Below, in pieces: positions 18,280 to 43,984 of a stretch of 64,000 nucleotides of DNA; the stretch's first letter is position 1; every line of letters begins with the position of its first letter. Origin of the DNA: the human T2T-CHM13v2.0 reference genome, Homo sapiens; the NCBI RefSeq assembly GCF_009914755.1, contig NC_060934.1; one strand, 5' to 3'. The position numbers were made by a program, and so were the translations under genes. The notes below the pieces were generated by a model. That model did not search any database and had not been told where the DNA came from. It saw nothing but the letters and a program-made list of their open reading frames with translations.

Positions 18280-18871
18280 TCATTCTTTCCAAAATACTTC
18301 CCATTAAAATATTATATAATAGAACATTTAATATAATACAGTTATATATAATATGTATAAATTTATATAACATAAAAATGAGATTATGTTGTTTATACTA
18401 TTTTGAGGCTTGACTTGACAAAAAAAAAATGTTACAGTCAGAATTGCAAGTTAACAGAAGCCGAAAATAGCTTACACATGGGATTTAAAAAATACATTAT
18501 TTAACGAGGAGCCTGGAGATTGGGTATTTTTAGGAATGCTCAGTGGCTCACCAAGGTCGCCAGGAACCCATGCTCTTTCAGGCCCTTTCCTTCCACCATC
18601 CTTGACTTAGTGGCTCGGTCTTTGGGTTTCTCACCTAATGGTTAAAAGATTGCTGCTACAGTTCCAAGTATCTGTCATATGAAGACATGACCATATCTCA
18701 ACCAGAAACAGGAGGGATAGGTTGTTTCCTCTTGTTCTTTTCTGTATGTGAACGAGTAAAGCATTCCTGGAGGCCTCCTGGGAGACTTCCTCTCAGCCCT
18801 CATTGGTCACAGTTACCCAGCCTAATCCAGTAGTTGGCAAAGGGAGCAGAATTGCTGTGATTCGTTTAGAT

Positions 18872-19385
18872 CAAGCTTGTCCAAGCTGCAGCAGCCCGTG
18901 GGCCATGGCCCGGGATGGCTTTGAATGTGCCACAACACAAATTCATAAACTTTCAAACATCGTAAGATTTTTTTTGAGATTTTTATTTTTTTAATTTGTA
19001 TTTATTTATTTATTAAAATTTCATTTATTAAATTTATTTTTTAAATAAATTTTATTAAAATTTATTTATTTATTTATTTTTTATTTACTTATTTTTTAGC
19101 TCTTCAGCTATCATTAGTGTTAGTGTATTTTATATGTGGCCCAAGACAATTCTTCCTCTAATGTTTCCCAGGGAAGCTAAAAGTTTGGACACCCCTGGTT
19201 AGACCAAGGTTCTCGACACAAGCATGCGTCAGGGTTATCCAGAGAGTTAGATGAAACACAGGTTCCTGGGCTCCAGGGTTTCTGGTCCAGCAGGCCTGGA
19301 GGGGGCCTAAGCAGATCATTTCTAACCTGTTCCCAGGCAATGTGGATCCGCTGGTCCAGGCCCACGCCTTGGTGGCTGCTTAGAT
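18872..19385. mobile_element. MER30-type hAT element with expanded AT-rich centre (~18872-19197) followed by a MER5A-type element; both appear to sit inside an old MLT1 LTR (~18430-19520)
   Basis: caagcttgtccaa ... ttggacacccctg ends; MER5-like ctaacctgttcccagg...ctggtccagg text. Confidence 0.6.
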
Positions 19386-19624
19386 GAGTCAGCACATGCA
19401 TCTCAATGATTAGAGAGGGAACCAGGAAGCACAAATGCTCCCAGCATCTGAACAATCCAGGTTCCATTGGACAGGCTGAAGATGGGAATCCTGGAGGGTA
19501 GACAGCTAGTGCTGTCTCCCTGCCTATAATGTACTCTAGAAAATACTGCTTTTTTCTTTCCTGTTCTTCAAATGGTTACTGTAGACAAAAAGCTTTAAAA
19601 AGTGGAGGTTGACATATGACATGT

Positions 19625-20900
<1,276 letters not shown>

Positions 20901-21159
20901 TAGCATGTCAGTCCCAAGGCATGTTTAGGGCATAATAAATATACCTATTTATAGTAAGGCCATTTGGCTGGCAGAAAAGCTAAGTCTTCTTTGAGCTGAG
21001 GATGATTTGGGTAGTAATAAAATAAAAAAATGTGGCACTCCTTTTATTTTTTTTTGGTAAAATTATTTCAGTGTTTATTTTGCTTCTGAGTAAAGACAAG
21101 GGATGTGTAATTATCTGTCATTGACGTACACTATGTATTTCCCCCTGTATTTTTATTTT

Positions 21160-21490
21160 TTTATTTCAGTAGGTTTGGGGGAACAGGTGGTGTTTGGTTA
21201 CATGGGTACATTCTTTAGTGGTGATTTCTGAGCTTTTGGTGCACCCATCACCTGAGCAGTGTACACTGTACCCAACGTGTAGTCTTTTATCCCTCGCCAA
21301 CCCTCACCCTTTCCCCTGAGTCCCAGAAGTCCAGTGTATCATTTTTATGCCTTTGCGTCTTCATAGCTTAGCTCCCACTTACAAGTGAGAACATACGATG
21401 TTTGGTTTTCCGTTCCTGCGTTACTTCACTTGGAATAATAGTCTCCAGTTCCATCCAGGTTGCTGCAAATGCCATTATTTTGTTCCTTAA
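21160..21490 (-). mobile_element. L1 (L1PB-like) 3' UTR fragment
   Basis: ggttacatg...gcacccatcacctgagcagtgtacactgtacccaa...ctcccacttacaagtgagaacat. Confidence 0.75.
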
Positions 21491-22391
21491 AAAAAAAAAA
21501 AGACATCTGATTAGTCATCAGTACTAGTTAAGCATATTTCTTTAGTTTGGGGATAGAATATTTTTTCTTTTCCTTTCTTTTTTTTTTTCTTTCCTTTCTA
21601 AAAATTTGTGTCTATAACATTGCTTTCCAAAATTCCTGTTAACTGGCAAATATTAAAGTGTAGTAAAAATATGCTGGCATAATTTCATAGTAGCTTTCAT
21701 CAAAGTAGGCCTTTGGGATTTTGCTTTTTTTTTCTTTGGAATAAAATCTTTGCTATTATTATACCTGAGAATTCTTTTAGTTTGCCACTTACATTGTAAA
21801 TAATGTAACATTTATTACTTAATCACATTTGTGTTTATTTTAGAATTTTCATAGCTTGCTAGAGGGACTATAATTATTCTGCCAAGAATTTGAACTTTGA
21901 ATTCAACATAAGAGCCTCCTTTCAGCTTAGACTACAAATTAGTGACTGTAGTTGAATACCACGTTCTTTTGGTACTTTGTTGAAAATTTCAGTTGAAGAA
22001 ATCTTCCAAATTAATGTTAAATAGTAACCCAGGAAAAAAATTTGGGGAATATTTTGTGGTGGTGGTGGTTTTTTTGTTTTTGTTTTTGTTTTTTCTTGAG
22101 ACGGAGCCTTTTTGTCGTGGGAAATGTGCTGAGTCCTCCAGTGACCTTGGTGGGATTTAGGGTAGCCAGACTGAGTTTTCTAGCTGAAGCTGCGGCCCTG
22201 AAGGCTATGCTTGGGGTCCGAGCTGCTCCAGTTTGATGCTTCCTTCCTTTTCCCTATTTCTTCCTTTCCCCAAGAATGGTGCAGACTTCCTGCTGAGGCC
22301 TGTAGTTGGTGGACAGGCATCTCCTGGCGCTTTTCCCAAGAACCCCTTACAGAGCTTGAACTGCAGCTACTCTTCAGAATAATGATTTCTA

Positions 22392-22781
<390 letters not shown>

Positions 22782-23009
22782 TCATTCCACTCTCTCATTT
22801 TCAAACCTGTGTTCTAGAAGCTCTGACACACCCTGAGGTTCAGCGTGCAGTAAGTAGTTAACTGAATATAAAGACAGGGAAGAAAAAGCGGGCCTGACAA
22901 GTTGTCTACAGATTTGATTGCATAATGAACTTTAGAAATCGCCCAATACCATCTGCCATTTACTGCTGAGGCAACTATGAGCCAGTCCCAAAAAATAATT
23001 GACTTTTCT

Positions 23010-23028
23010 CTTTTTTTTTTCTAGCTTC

Positions 23029-23059
<31 letters not shown>

Positions 23060-24592
23060 GTATTTATTGATCATTCTTGGGTGTTTCTCAGAGAGGGGGA
23101 TTTGGCAGGGTCATAGGACAATAGTGGAGGGAAGGTAAGCAGATAAACATGTGAACAAGGGTCTCTGGTTTTCCTAGGCAGAGGACCCTGCGGCCTTCTG
23201 CAGTGTTTGTGTCCCTGGGTACTTGAGATTAGGGAGTGGTGATGACTCTTAAGGAGCATGCTGCCTTCAAGCATCTGTTTAACAAAGCACATCTTGCACC
23301 GCCCTTAATCCATTTAACCCTTCGTGGACACAGCACATGTTTCAGAGAGCACGGGGTTGGGGGTAAGGTTATAGATTAACAGCATCCCAAGGCAGAAGAA
23401 TTTTTCTTAGTACAGAACAAAATGGAGTCTCCCATGTCTACTTCTTTCTACACAGACACAGCAACAATCTGATTTCTCTTTCCTTTCCCCACACTTCCCC
23501 CCCTTCCACTCAACAAAACCGCCATCGTCATCATGGCCCGTTCTCAATGAGCTGTTGGGTACACCTCCCAGACGGCGTGGCGGCTGGGCAGAGGCGCCCC
23601 CCACCTCCCTCCTGGACGGGGCGGCTGGCCGGGCGGGGGCTGCCCCCCACCTCCCTCCCAGATGGGGCGGCTGGCCGGGTGGGGGCTCTCCCCCACCTCC
23701 TGGAGGGGGCAGCTGCTGGGTGGAGACGCTCCTCACTTCCCAGACGGGGCGGCTGCTGGGCGGAGGGGCTCCTCACTTCTCAGACGGGGCGGCCGGGCAG
23801 AGAGGCTCCTCACCTCCCAGACAGGGTGGAGGTTGGGCAGAGACACTCCTCAGTTCCCAGACAGCGTCGCGGCTGGGCAGAGGCGCTCCTCACATCCCAG
23901 ACGGGGCGGCGGGGCAGAGGCGCTCCTCACATCCCAGACGATGGGCTGCGGGGCAGAGGCGCTCCCCACATCTCAGACGATGGGTGGCTGGGCAGAGACG
24001 CTCCCCATTTCCTAGACGGGATGGCGGCCGGGAAGAGGTGCTCCTCACTTCCCAGACTGGGCGGCCAGGCAGAGGGGCTCCTCACATCCCAGACGATGGG
24101 CGGCCAGGCAGAGACGCTCCTTGCTTCCCAGACGGGGTGGCGGCTGGGCAGAGGCTGCAATCTCGGCACTTTGGGAGGCGAAGGCAGGCGGCTGGGAGGT
24201 GGAGGTTGTAGCGAGCCGAGATCACACCACTGCACTCCAGCCTGGGCAACATTGAGCACTGAGTGAGCGAGACTCCGTCCGCAATCCCGGCACTTTGGGA
24301 GGCCGAGGCTAGCAGATCACTCGCGGTTAGGAGCTGGAGACCAGCCCCACCAACACGGCAAAACCCTGTCTCCACCAAAAAAATACGAAAACCAGTCAGG
24401 CGTGGCGGCGTGCGCCTGCAATCCCAGGCACTCGGCAGGCTGAAGCAGGAGAATCAGGCAGGGAGGTTGCAGTGAGCCGAGATGGCGGCACTACAGTCCA
24501 GCCTCTGCTCGGCATCAGAGGGAGACCGTGGAGAGAGAGGGAGAGGGAGAGATAGACCATGGGGAGAGGGGGAGGGGGAGGGGGAGGGGAGG
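23010..24592 (-). mobile_element. Full-length SVA retrotransposon (older B/C-like subfamily, short VNTR), antisense in CDC123 intron 6
   Basis: Element order on the minus strand: CCCTCC/CCCTCT hexamers (~24530-24592), Alu-like region, GC-rich VNTR (~23560-24150), SINE-R, AATAAA, poly-A; 16-bp TSD AATAATTGACTTTTCT at 22994-23009 and 24593-24608; L1-EN-like ttct/aa site. Confidence 0.95.
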
Positions 24593-24783
24593 AATAATTG
24601 ACTTTTCTAAGACCATAAAATACTAGTACGGAGCCCAAGGTCCTGATTGTGATTTTTAACCTCTGGTCTATTGTTCTCTTACATTAATTGGAACGTTTTC
24701 CTTTTCTCCTTATGTAGATTATCTAATCTAAAATATTCATTTGGCTCTATACTGGATATGTGTACAAAAGTAATTTTCTGTCT

Positions 24784-26300
<1,517 letters not shown>

Positions 26301-27409
26301 CCCCCTCCCTTTCAGTGAGTCACCAAGTGATCTTGCCTCCGCCTCTACGCTTCTCCTTTCTGTGTCCACTCCCATTCCCTTAGTTAGACCCTCATCTCCC
26401 CGAGGCTATTGCAGCAAGCCTTCTACCAGGCTTCTCTGCCTCCCAGGTTGCTGCCCTTCCCCTAAACTGTCCAACACCATTGTGCCATAGTGATATAGAT
26501 GCGTTTTTTAAACCCCTGGTACCTGTGAACACAGTGATATTCTTAACGCCTAAATGGAATGATCTCCCTTGCGTAGTTGGAGACTTTAGGGCTCCCCTTT
26601 GTCCTTATAATGAAGTCCAAGTCCCCTGGGTGGGCACACGAGGCCTCTCATGACCTGGATACTTCTCTTTGTCCAGAGTTTCTGTCCAGCTCCATCTGTC
26701 GCAGTTCCCCCTTGAGTCCTGCACTCCATCAGAGCTGATCTTCTCTAGTTATTTGAATGCTCTGTGAGATCTCTCACTGCCCTCCCTGCCTTAGCACGTT
26801 TCTCCGTGCTTTAAATGCGGGCCCCTTCTTGACTACCACTCCCCTCCGACACACAGCAGCCAGCTAATCAGTTCTTCCTTGGTGCTGCAGAGTATTTTTT
26901 CTCTAGTGTTTTTAAAATTGTGTCTATTTTTTAGCTTTCTCCACCAGACTAAGCTCAACCAGAACAAAGGAGTCTTCATCATTTTAACATTCCCAATGCC
27001 TAGCCCAAGCTTTGGCATAGATGGGCATTTAATAAGCGATATGAAACATTGTTGATGAAAGTGAGGATTTTTCGAGGAGGAAGCAGTATACTTAATGGAG
27101 GGCTGAATGGATCTATCTGAGTTTTAAAATGGCACGTGGGAGAAGGATTCAGTTAACTGTGTGACTTTCGATGGCCAACGTTACGTTGAGAGAGAAGTAG
27201 GCTGCTGGCTCCACTGTAAGATGCACACAACAAGAACGTGGACAATGACAGTGCCTTCCTGCCCTCGTTGAGAATCAGGGGTTAGACAGTTTGAGTCTTG
27301 TTGTGGCCACTAAATTTGGTCTTTTCTGGGTGTTAGTTTCTTTGCCTTTTGACAGAAAAATGGACATTATGCTATCTCTATGGTTATAATAGCCCATAAC
27401 ATTGTTTAT

Positions 27410-27970
27410 TTTAATTTTTGTGGGTACATAGTAAGTGTATATATTCATGCGGTACATAAGATGGGTTTTTTTTGTTTTTTGGGTTTTTTTTTTTGAGATG
27501 GAGTCTCGCTCTGTCACCCAGGCTGGAGTTCAGTGGCACTGTCTCGGCTCACTGCATCCTCCGCCTCACGGTTTTAGGTGATTCCCCTGCCTCAGCCTCT
27601 CGAGTAGCTGGGATTTCAGGCGTCCACCACCACAGCCGGCTAATTTTTGTATTTTTACTAGAGACAGGGTATCACCATGTTGGCCAGGCTGGTGTCAAAC
27701 TCCTGACCTCAAGTGATCCACCTGCCTTGGCCTCCCAAAGTGGTGGGATTACAGGCATGAACCACTGCACCCATCCTGGGGTACATGGCATGTTTTGATA
27801 CAAACAGGCCATGCCTAATTATCACATCATGTAAAGTGGGGTATCTGTTCCACTCAAACATGTATCCATCCTTTGTGTTACAAATGATCCAGTTACACTC
27901 TAGTTATTTTAAAATGTACAATTAAATCGTTGTTGACTGTAGTCACCCTGTTGTGCTGTCAAATACTAGA
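27410..27970 (-). mobile_element. L1M 3' fragment split by an Alu (~27465-27775)
   Basis: tttttgtgggtacatagtaagtgtatat ... atagtcaccctg-like L1MA text on both sides of the Alu. Confidence 0.7.
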
Positions 27971-28231
27971 CCAGCTATAGAAATGATCCTGGAAGGTACA
28001 GTCTTGCTCATAACATTGTTTCGATGATTAAATGAGTTCATATCTCAGGCTGCCTAGGCTAATGCAAAGCATTGAATACGGCTCAGTAAGTGTTCGTCGA
28101 ATTTGAGTTAGTCTCCTGTTTCTGGATGCTTTTAGTAAAACGTTACTCTCATGTTAAATATATGTTAAGTGTGTGCATAAACTGGCACCAGTAACAAAAA
28201 GATTCAGTTGCCTTTTCTTCTTCTTCCAAAG

Positions 28232-28280
28232 GTTTATTCATTGTACTGATGATTCTCCAGATCCATGTATAGAATATGAG
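28232..28280 (+). CDS. CDC123: CDC123 exon 7 (49 nt), (P)FIHCTDDSPDPCIEYE
   Basis: ttcttccaaag acceptor (AAG type), GAG|gtaaga donor, phase 2 to 0. Confidence 0.96.
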
Positions 28281-28602
28281 GTAAGAAGCTTATTTTCTTT
28301 GATAATTGTAGATGAAGATGTGTTGAGAATTGCTATTTATTCTTAAGTGAAATGAAATGAATGAAGTTTCTTGGATTAATTTCTTCGGGAACCTAAAGCC
28401 ACTGAAATTTTAAATTTATGAAATATACACATAAAAGGATATATATTATATATAGAGTGTATATACCAAATACATGTATGCAGTATACACTTGCTACAGG
28501 ATATACGCAGACACCTTTAATAGAACAAACACCTTTATACGCCTCACAGGTGCACCTAATTGTTTCAGCATTTTACCATTTTTATATTGTTCACTCACCT
28601 TA

Positions 28603-30322
<1,720 letters not shown>

Positions 30323-30561
30323 ATTTCCTTAGCCTTTCTCTGAGGCACAGTCTTTCTTAAGAAGTCATCATCTACCTCCAAGATTTATTTACCAGCAGTT
30401 TGCTCTCTTATTGCCGTTTTGAAAGACACCATTATCATGTATATAAGATTTAAAACCTAGTTTTAAAATTGTAGGAAAGTGATACTCTTCAAGTAATTCA
30501 AATGAAAAAAGTTGCAAGTAGAATCCTTTGTATCATTTTCTCCTGTCTGTGTGTATTTAAA

Positions 30562-30563
<2 letters not shown>

Positions 30564-30599
<36 letters not shown>
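30564..30599 (+). repeat. (AC)18 microsatellite
   Basis: Perfect dinucleotide run. Confidence 0.95.
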
Positions 30600-30602
<3 letters not shown>

Positions 30603-31374
30603 CTGTCTCTTTATAGATACTTACATATTCATAGGATAAATCTGGAAAGATGCACAAGAAACCTATAGCACTGGTTGCCTCTCAGGAAAAAGACAGAGGG
30701 ACAGAGTTCGGGAGAGACACTCCCTATCCCCTTCTGTGTTTTGTGAAAATCAACCACAGTGTATGTATTACATGCACAAAATAGTATTTTGATAAACATT
30801 ATGCAAATTTTCCAATAAACTGTGTGCTACAATTGCTTATTTATTTGTTGCTAAGTAAAACCACTGTAGCCTATATATATATATAAAATGTATAAAATTA
30901 TGTATGTATATGCCTGTATGGGCTTTTAATAGATAAGAACTGTGTAGTATTTTAGTTTCAGATTCATTTAATAATTACGTATTTTTTTAAAAAGCAGATA
31001 ATAAGGCTTGACTAAGAGCTTATAATAAATGAAAAATGAAATCAGTGCATTTAAAATTTCTAAGGCATACTTTAAATGTGTTTTTTTAATACATTGAGAG
31101 TGCCCACCTGAAATTTTCCTGATTTTTAAGATGAGAAACTTATTAGTATATGAGAGTTTATATCTATTAAATAATTATTAATTACAGTAATAAGACCCAT
31201 TTGTGATTTAGGCCAAGGGTAGAATTGATCAACTAAAATATTGAGAAAATAGTGAGAGAGTTATTTTGGTGATTCATTGTGACAAACCTCAATAATAATT
31301 ATATCAAAGTAAGCATTACCTCATGGTACTTAAGGTAGACAACTTTAGAATTATATTATTTTATTTTACTATAT

Positions 31375-32196
<822 letters not shown>

Positions 32197-32330
32197 AAGA
32201 ATGTCATATGCCTCTTTTTTTAAAACCATTTGATAATGGCAATCATTAAGATACAGTGTTGACCTAAAATTGCCTAGTAGACCTTACCACATAGGTGTGT
32301 TATATTAAATATTTTTTCTTTTGTTTACAG

Positions 32331-32406
32331 CTCGTTCTCCGAAAATGGTGTGAATTGATTCCTGGGGCTGAGTTTCGATGTTTTGTCAAGGAAAACAAGC
32401 TTATTG
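32331..32406 (+). CDS. CDC123: CDC123 exon 8 (76 nt), LVLRKWCELIPGAEFRCFVKENKLI(G)
   Basis: tttacag acceptor, TTG|gtgagt donor; conserved LRKW and EFRCFV motifs; visible within ORF 32295..32492. Confidence 0.97.
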
Positions 32407-33599
32407 GTGAGTTTTTGTTTGTTTGTTTGTTTTATCCTTCAAAGTCATCTTTAAAAGAAAACAAGCTTTTGTTGGAAGTAAATTTCCAGTAATTAGGACA
32501 GGGATGTCAATCTGTTTTCATCTCAGATGCCACCTCTAACCAGTTGATACTGACTCTCTGGAATGCTGTGTTGACAGGAATCCTGAGCCCAGAGTCACTT
32601 GCCGCAGGAAACGGTATTGTCAGATAATCATGGCTGTCTGGATTCCAGAGATAAAAATGGTGGTTGTCACTGTTCCTGATTTAGGAATCAGGAACTCTGT
32701 GTATGGAATTTTCCTAAGCAGTACTTAGCAATAGTCTGCTTATTTCAAGCGTCATAAAAAGCCAAGTTTTGGAACCTTTATTTCTATTATTGGGGCACTG
32801 TTTATTATTCTAGCAAGAGAAAATATGTGGACAAGTAAGTGTATTCTTCTAAGTCACCCATTTTCTTTCCTCTCAGGTTACTGTTCTGTTTGCTATGATT
32901 GATTTAACTTAAATATTGAAGATAATTTGTTCTTTATTTTGTTAATGCATATTTTCCATGAAGTAAAATTTATCTTCAACCTAGAAAAGTGTAATTTGAA
33001 TACAATCACATCAGCACTATTGATGCATTGAATGTGATGTTGAAATGTATGAACCCACCTGAAAGAAAGTTGGGGTGTTCACATTTCTCATATTGCTCGA
33101 TATTCTTGAAGAAGCTGCAGTGTAAGTACTCTAAAGCGGGGGGTCCTGTTGGCACAAGATTCAGGAATAGGAAGCCCGTATTTCAGAGCAGAGAACTTTT
33201 CCCTAGGACTGGAGCAAATTCAGGGAGTTTGTGTAATAGTCCAGTTAGTGTGTTTGGAATCTTGTCAGCAAGTCATTCTGAAAAAAGGAATGTTTACTTT
33301 TCCAAGGCTTGAACGAGAGCAGGCTGTGAAGGCCAAGTAGCATGTATGAACAAGAAAAATAGACTGCTTCTATGCAATACAGTATGAATATGGCAGGCAT
33401 CTCTTGAAGAATATTTGATATTTTCCCAAAGAAAGTGGAAGAGAATACCAATTTGCAGAGACTCTTTGGAAGAAAGCAAAGCAGCAGCAGTTGATTATGT
33501 GTGCAGGTTTAGAATTGCTGCTTTAATTTTTTACATAACAAGACTTTTTGTGACTTTGAATTCCTTCCATTTTACTAAATGAAAATAACTGTTTCCATG

Positions 33600-35010
<1,411 letters not shown>

Positions 35011-35733
35011 TGTTAATTTCATCTTATTTAACTAAAATCTATTTTTACTGCTAAGTCAGTTCCCTGTCTTGTTTTAGATGTTTGATTGTGTATTTCAAAG
35101 GGGCTATCTACAGAGAACAAAGTCTATCTACCTTTCTAGCTTCTTTGAATGATCAAAGACAGCACCAGTTACAAAGTAAACATTTGTGGGTTGTTTTTAG
35201 GAATTGAAAGTATATTGTGTAAGAGTTTTCATACATCTGAAAATTATATCTGCTATGATTTACAATTTCTCTACTTGCCAAGACTGGGCTCTGTGGCAGA
35301 TTTGACTTAAAATAAGATGAATCATGCTTCAAGGCTCATTAGATTTTATGCTTTCTATTATAAGCTTTACTCATTGCATTCTACCAGATCAGTGATTGAT
35401 GCCCGTTTCACTAGTACTTTGCTCAGTGACTCCCATCTTTCCCATAGAACCAGTCTATAACGGGGAACTGGTTGAGATGATATTGGCGTTTGGTTTGAAT
35501 TTTTAAATATAGGGGCTTATGGTTGGGGAACAGAGAACAGTAAAGCAAAGTTATATAAATAAAACATTGCAGGGTGCCTTTTTATGTTTGAAGTTTTGAG
35601 GTTTAGAAGCATGAAGTCCTCAGGGTCATTTATATTCTGCTGTCTTTGATTAAAATGTACTTTAATTTTCAAAAGGAGATTTACATTGTGAAATATTAGT
35701 TCATTAATAACTGACTTTTTTTCTCCTTTACAG

Positions 35734-35762
35734 TTGTGTTCGATATATACAGAGACAGTAGG
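35734..35762 (+). CDS. CDC123: CDC123 exon 10 (29 nt), (F)VFDIYRDSR
   Basis: ctgac branch-point-like sequence, pyrimidine tract, tacag acceptor, AGG|gtaagt donor, phase 1 to 0. Confidence 0.96.
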
Positions 35763-35870
35763 GTAAGTAAAAACTCTTTCTGATATGCTTTAATATAAGA
35801 GCTGGTTTTATAAGCAGGCAGAGCATGCCTTTGTTATGTGTGTGAAGGATCCATGCTCAAAAAATATTTT

Positions 35871-38100
<2,230 letters not shown>

Positions 38101-39938
38101 TACGTGTCATGCCTAGCAGTGAACACCAGGTTGTGTCTGGTCTTCTGCAGTCTGCCATGGTGAATAATCCCGTACGTGTGTCATTTCACACGCTGCAGGT
38201 GAATCTACAGGGTGAATTCCTAGAAGCGGGATTGCTGGCTCAAAAGTGAAATGTATTTTAATGTTGCAGTTTACCCTCGGTAGAGGTTACACCTGACCAG
38301 ATCCCCCCAGGAATGCATCACAGTACCTGCAGGCTTCCTCAGAGCTTGCCTTTACAATATAGGGTTACACTCTTCAGGGTTTTTGGGGTTTCGTAGAGAA
38401 ATGATGTTTCAGTATAATTTCTACTTCTATTTTTCTTAGTAAGTGAGGATGAAGTTTATCTTTTCATATATTTAAGGGTCGTTTCTGTGAACCATTGCTT
38501 CATGTCTTTTTCACTTTTTTCTATTGTCTCATTTTCCTCAAAATAGAGGCACTGTTTATGTATTACAGAGATTAGGCCTTTGTCATTAGTCTTTTCCTGT
38601 GAACGAGATCACATAGATTATTTGTTTCTTTTCTGGCTTTTGAATTTCAGCCATCATTTTAAAAAATACTTCCCCATGGTTTTTGTCCAGTTCTTTTGTA
38701 ACTTCTTGTTCTCCATTTCAATATTGGATGTTTGGCTTTTGTTCCTTTGCGTGTTTGGTATGCGATATGGATCCCCCTTAGTCTTTTTGTCTAGCATCAA
38801 TATATTTATTTTATACTGTCCTTCAGATTGATGATGATTTCCAGAGTTCTTGGGGCTTTAATGCCTGTTGCGTTTACAGACTCTCATCCGGGTTGGTTGT
38901 TTCTTTTTTGTTTTGTAAATCAGTTTATTTATTTACTTTGAGTTCATCTTCAGTGAGCTTGTTCTTTTTGTTTGTTCTTTTGTTTGTGAGAATCCCAAAG
39001 ATCCAAAATTTTGGGTTTTTCATTTGCTTCTACCATGTTCCTCAAAACTCATTCAGAGAAGAACAGTCATTGTGTCCTGCCCTGTCATTAGAACTGTCTC
39101 CTCACACTCCCTTTCCTGAGACTGTCGCCTTCTGGAGTTTGTGTCTGAGTTCTGATTCCCTTCCTGTGGCCAGGCTGCTAGGAGACCCTCCCACGGGTTC
39201 CCACAGCACTAGAGTTGATAGGCTTAGTTCTGTTCTTCGGGTTCTTCTTGTTTCTGGCCCCGGGGGATTTCCCGGTCTTTCTCATAATCTCAATTACACT
39301 TTTAAACGGCTTGTCGTAGCATGTGTTTCATCCTGTTTGGAACAGCAAGCCTTGAGAGTTACCATAGCTGGCTGTATTTCAGGAGCCCTCACATATCTCA
39401 CACTCCAGCCAAAATAACCTATTCCCGCAACAGGCGGTCGTGGCGTGGCCTCTGTACGTGAGAGCCGTCGTTCTTGTTAAGTGGTCCGCTTTTCCTGCCA
39501 ACACCACCCTCCTCCCAGGGCATCTCTGTTATCCCTCAGGTGCCCAGGTCCTTTGGGAAGCATTTCCAGCCTTCCCTCGCACATGTAGGCAGGCTCTCCT
39601 GTGTGCCTCTCCGCTCTCACAGTTCCCTGTTCTTGCCTCTCTTGAAGCAAAATACCCTGCACATTGCCATTATTGGATGGCTTTTGGTTCTGTTTTGGGG
39701 AAGTGGAGATGTGTGTTCTGCTCAAGCCTGAGCTCTTGGAAGGAGTCGATTTTGTGTTACGATCTTCATGCCCAGTGCCTAACACAGTGTCTGGTCCCTA
39801 GAGCTTGATCGGGGCAGGGAGACAGTCAGCTGGTACAAGGACAGTTAGTCCGACTGCTCTTTGCTTATTGGATTGCCTCAAAGCAGAATTAACTTCTCAG
39901 GCTGTTTGTGCTTGAGATGTCACATGAAAACATGTTAT

Positions 39939-43553
<3,615 letters not shown>

Positions 43554-43984
43554 GTACAACATTTTTAAGACAGATACAGTGTAAACCTTTCCAGTCTACT
43601 GACTGACTGCTTGTTCTTCAGACGCATAGGTAGGCGGCAATGGCCAGGACCCTTGGGAAGCGCAGAGTGTAACACAGCTTTACTAATAGCTAACCTGCCC
43701 ATGGTGGTGGTCAAAGAAGGGGGCCCCACTTAACTTTATATACAGAAGTCAGGATCATCTGATCAGTTTTTTTAGTTCTTTTTCTGAGCTTCTTCTGTCA
43801 CACCCACCTGGAGGAATCTTGGTCCCAGATCAGCTCATGCATCTGTTCCTTCTGACCCCAGCCCCAGCTGCTGAGGCCGACAGAGAAGTTACACACGTGC
43901 AGCCCAGCGGATTCCTGTCAGCTTTCTCCTCCATTTCCACGGTGACTGGCTCACGCCTTGATGCTTCTCAGTCTCCCATCATTC

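Noticed and set aside
18970-19097. Nearly pure A/T stretch
   Set aside because: Best explained as slippage expansion of the T-rich centre of the MER30 element
23407-24638. Long ORFs (up to 239 aa) on both strands
   Set aside because: They lie entirely within the SVA VNTR/Alu-like region; GC-rich repeats are stop-poor and SVA is non-coding
38893-39808. 174-aa and 122-aa ORFs in intron 10
   Set aside because: Low-complexity F/L/S-rich translations of degenerate intronic sequence with non-ATG starts and no similarity to any protein I recognise
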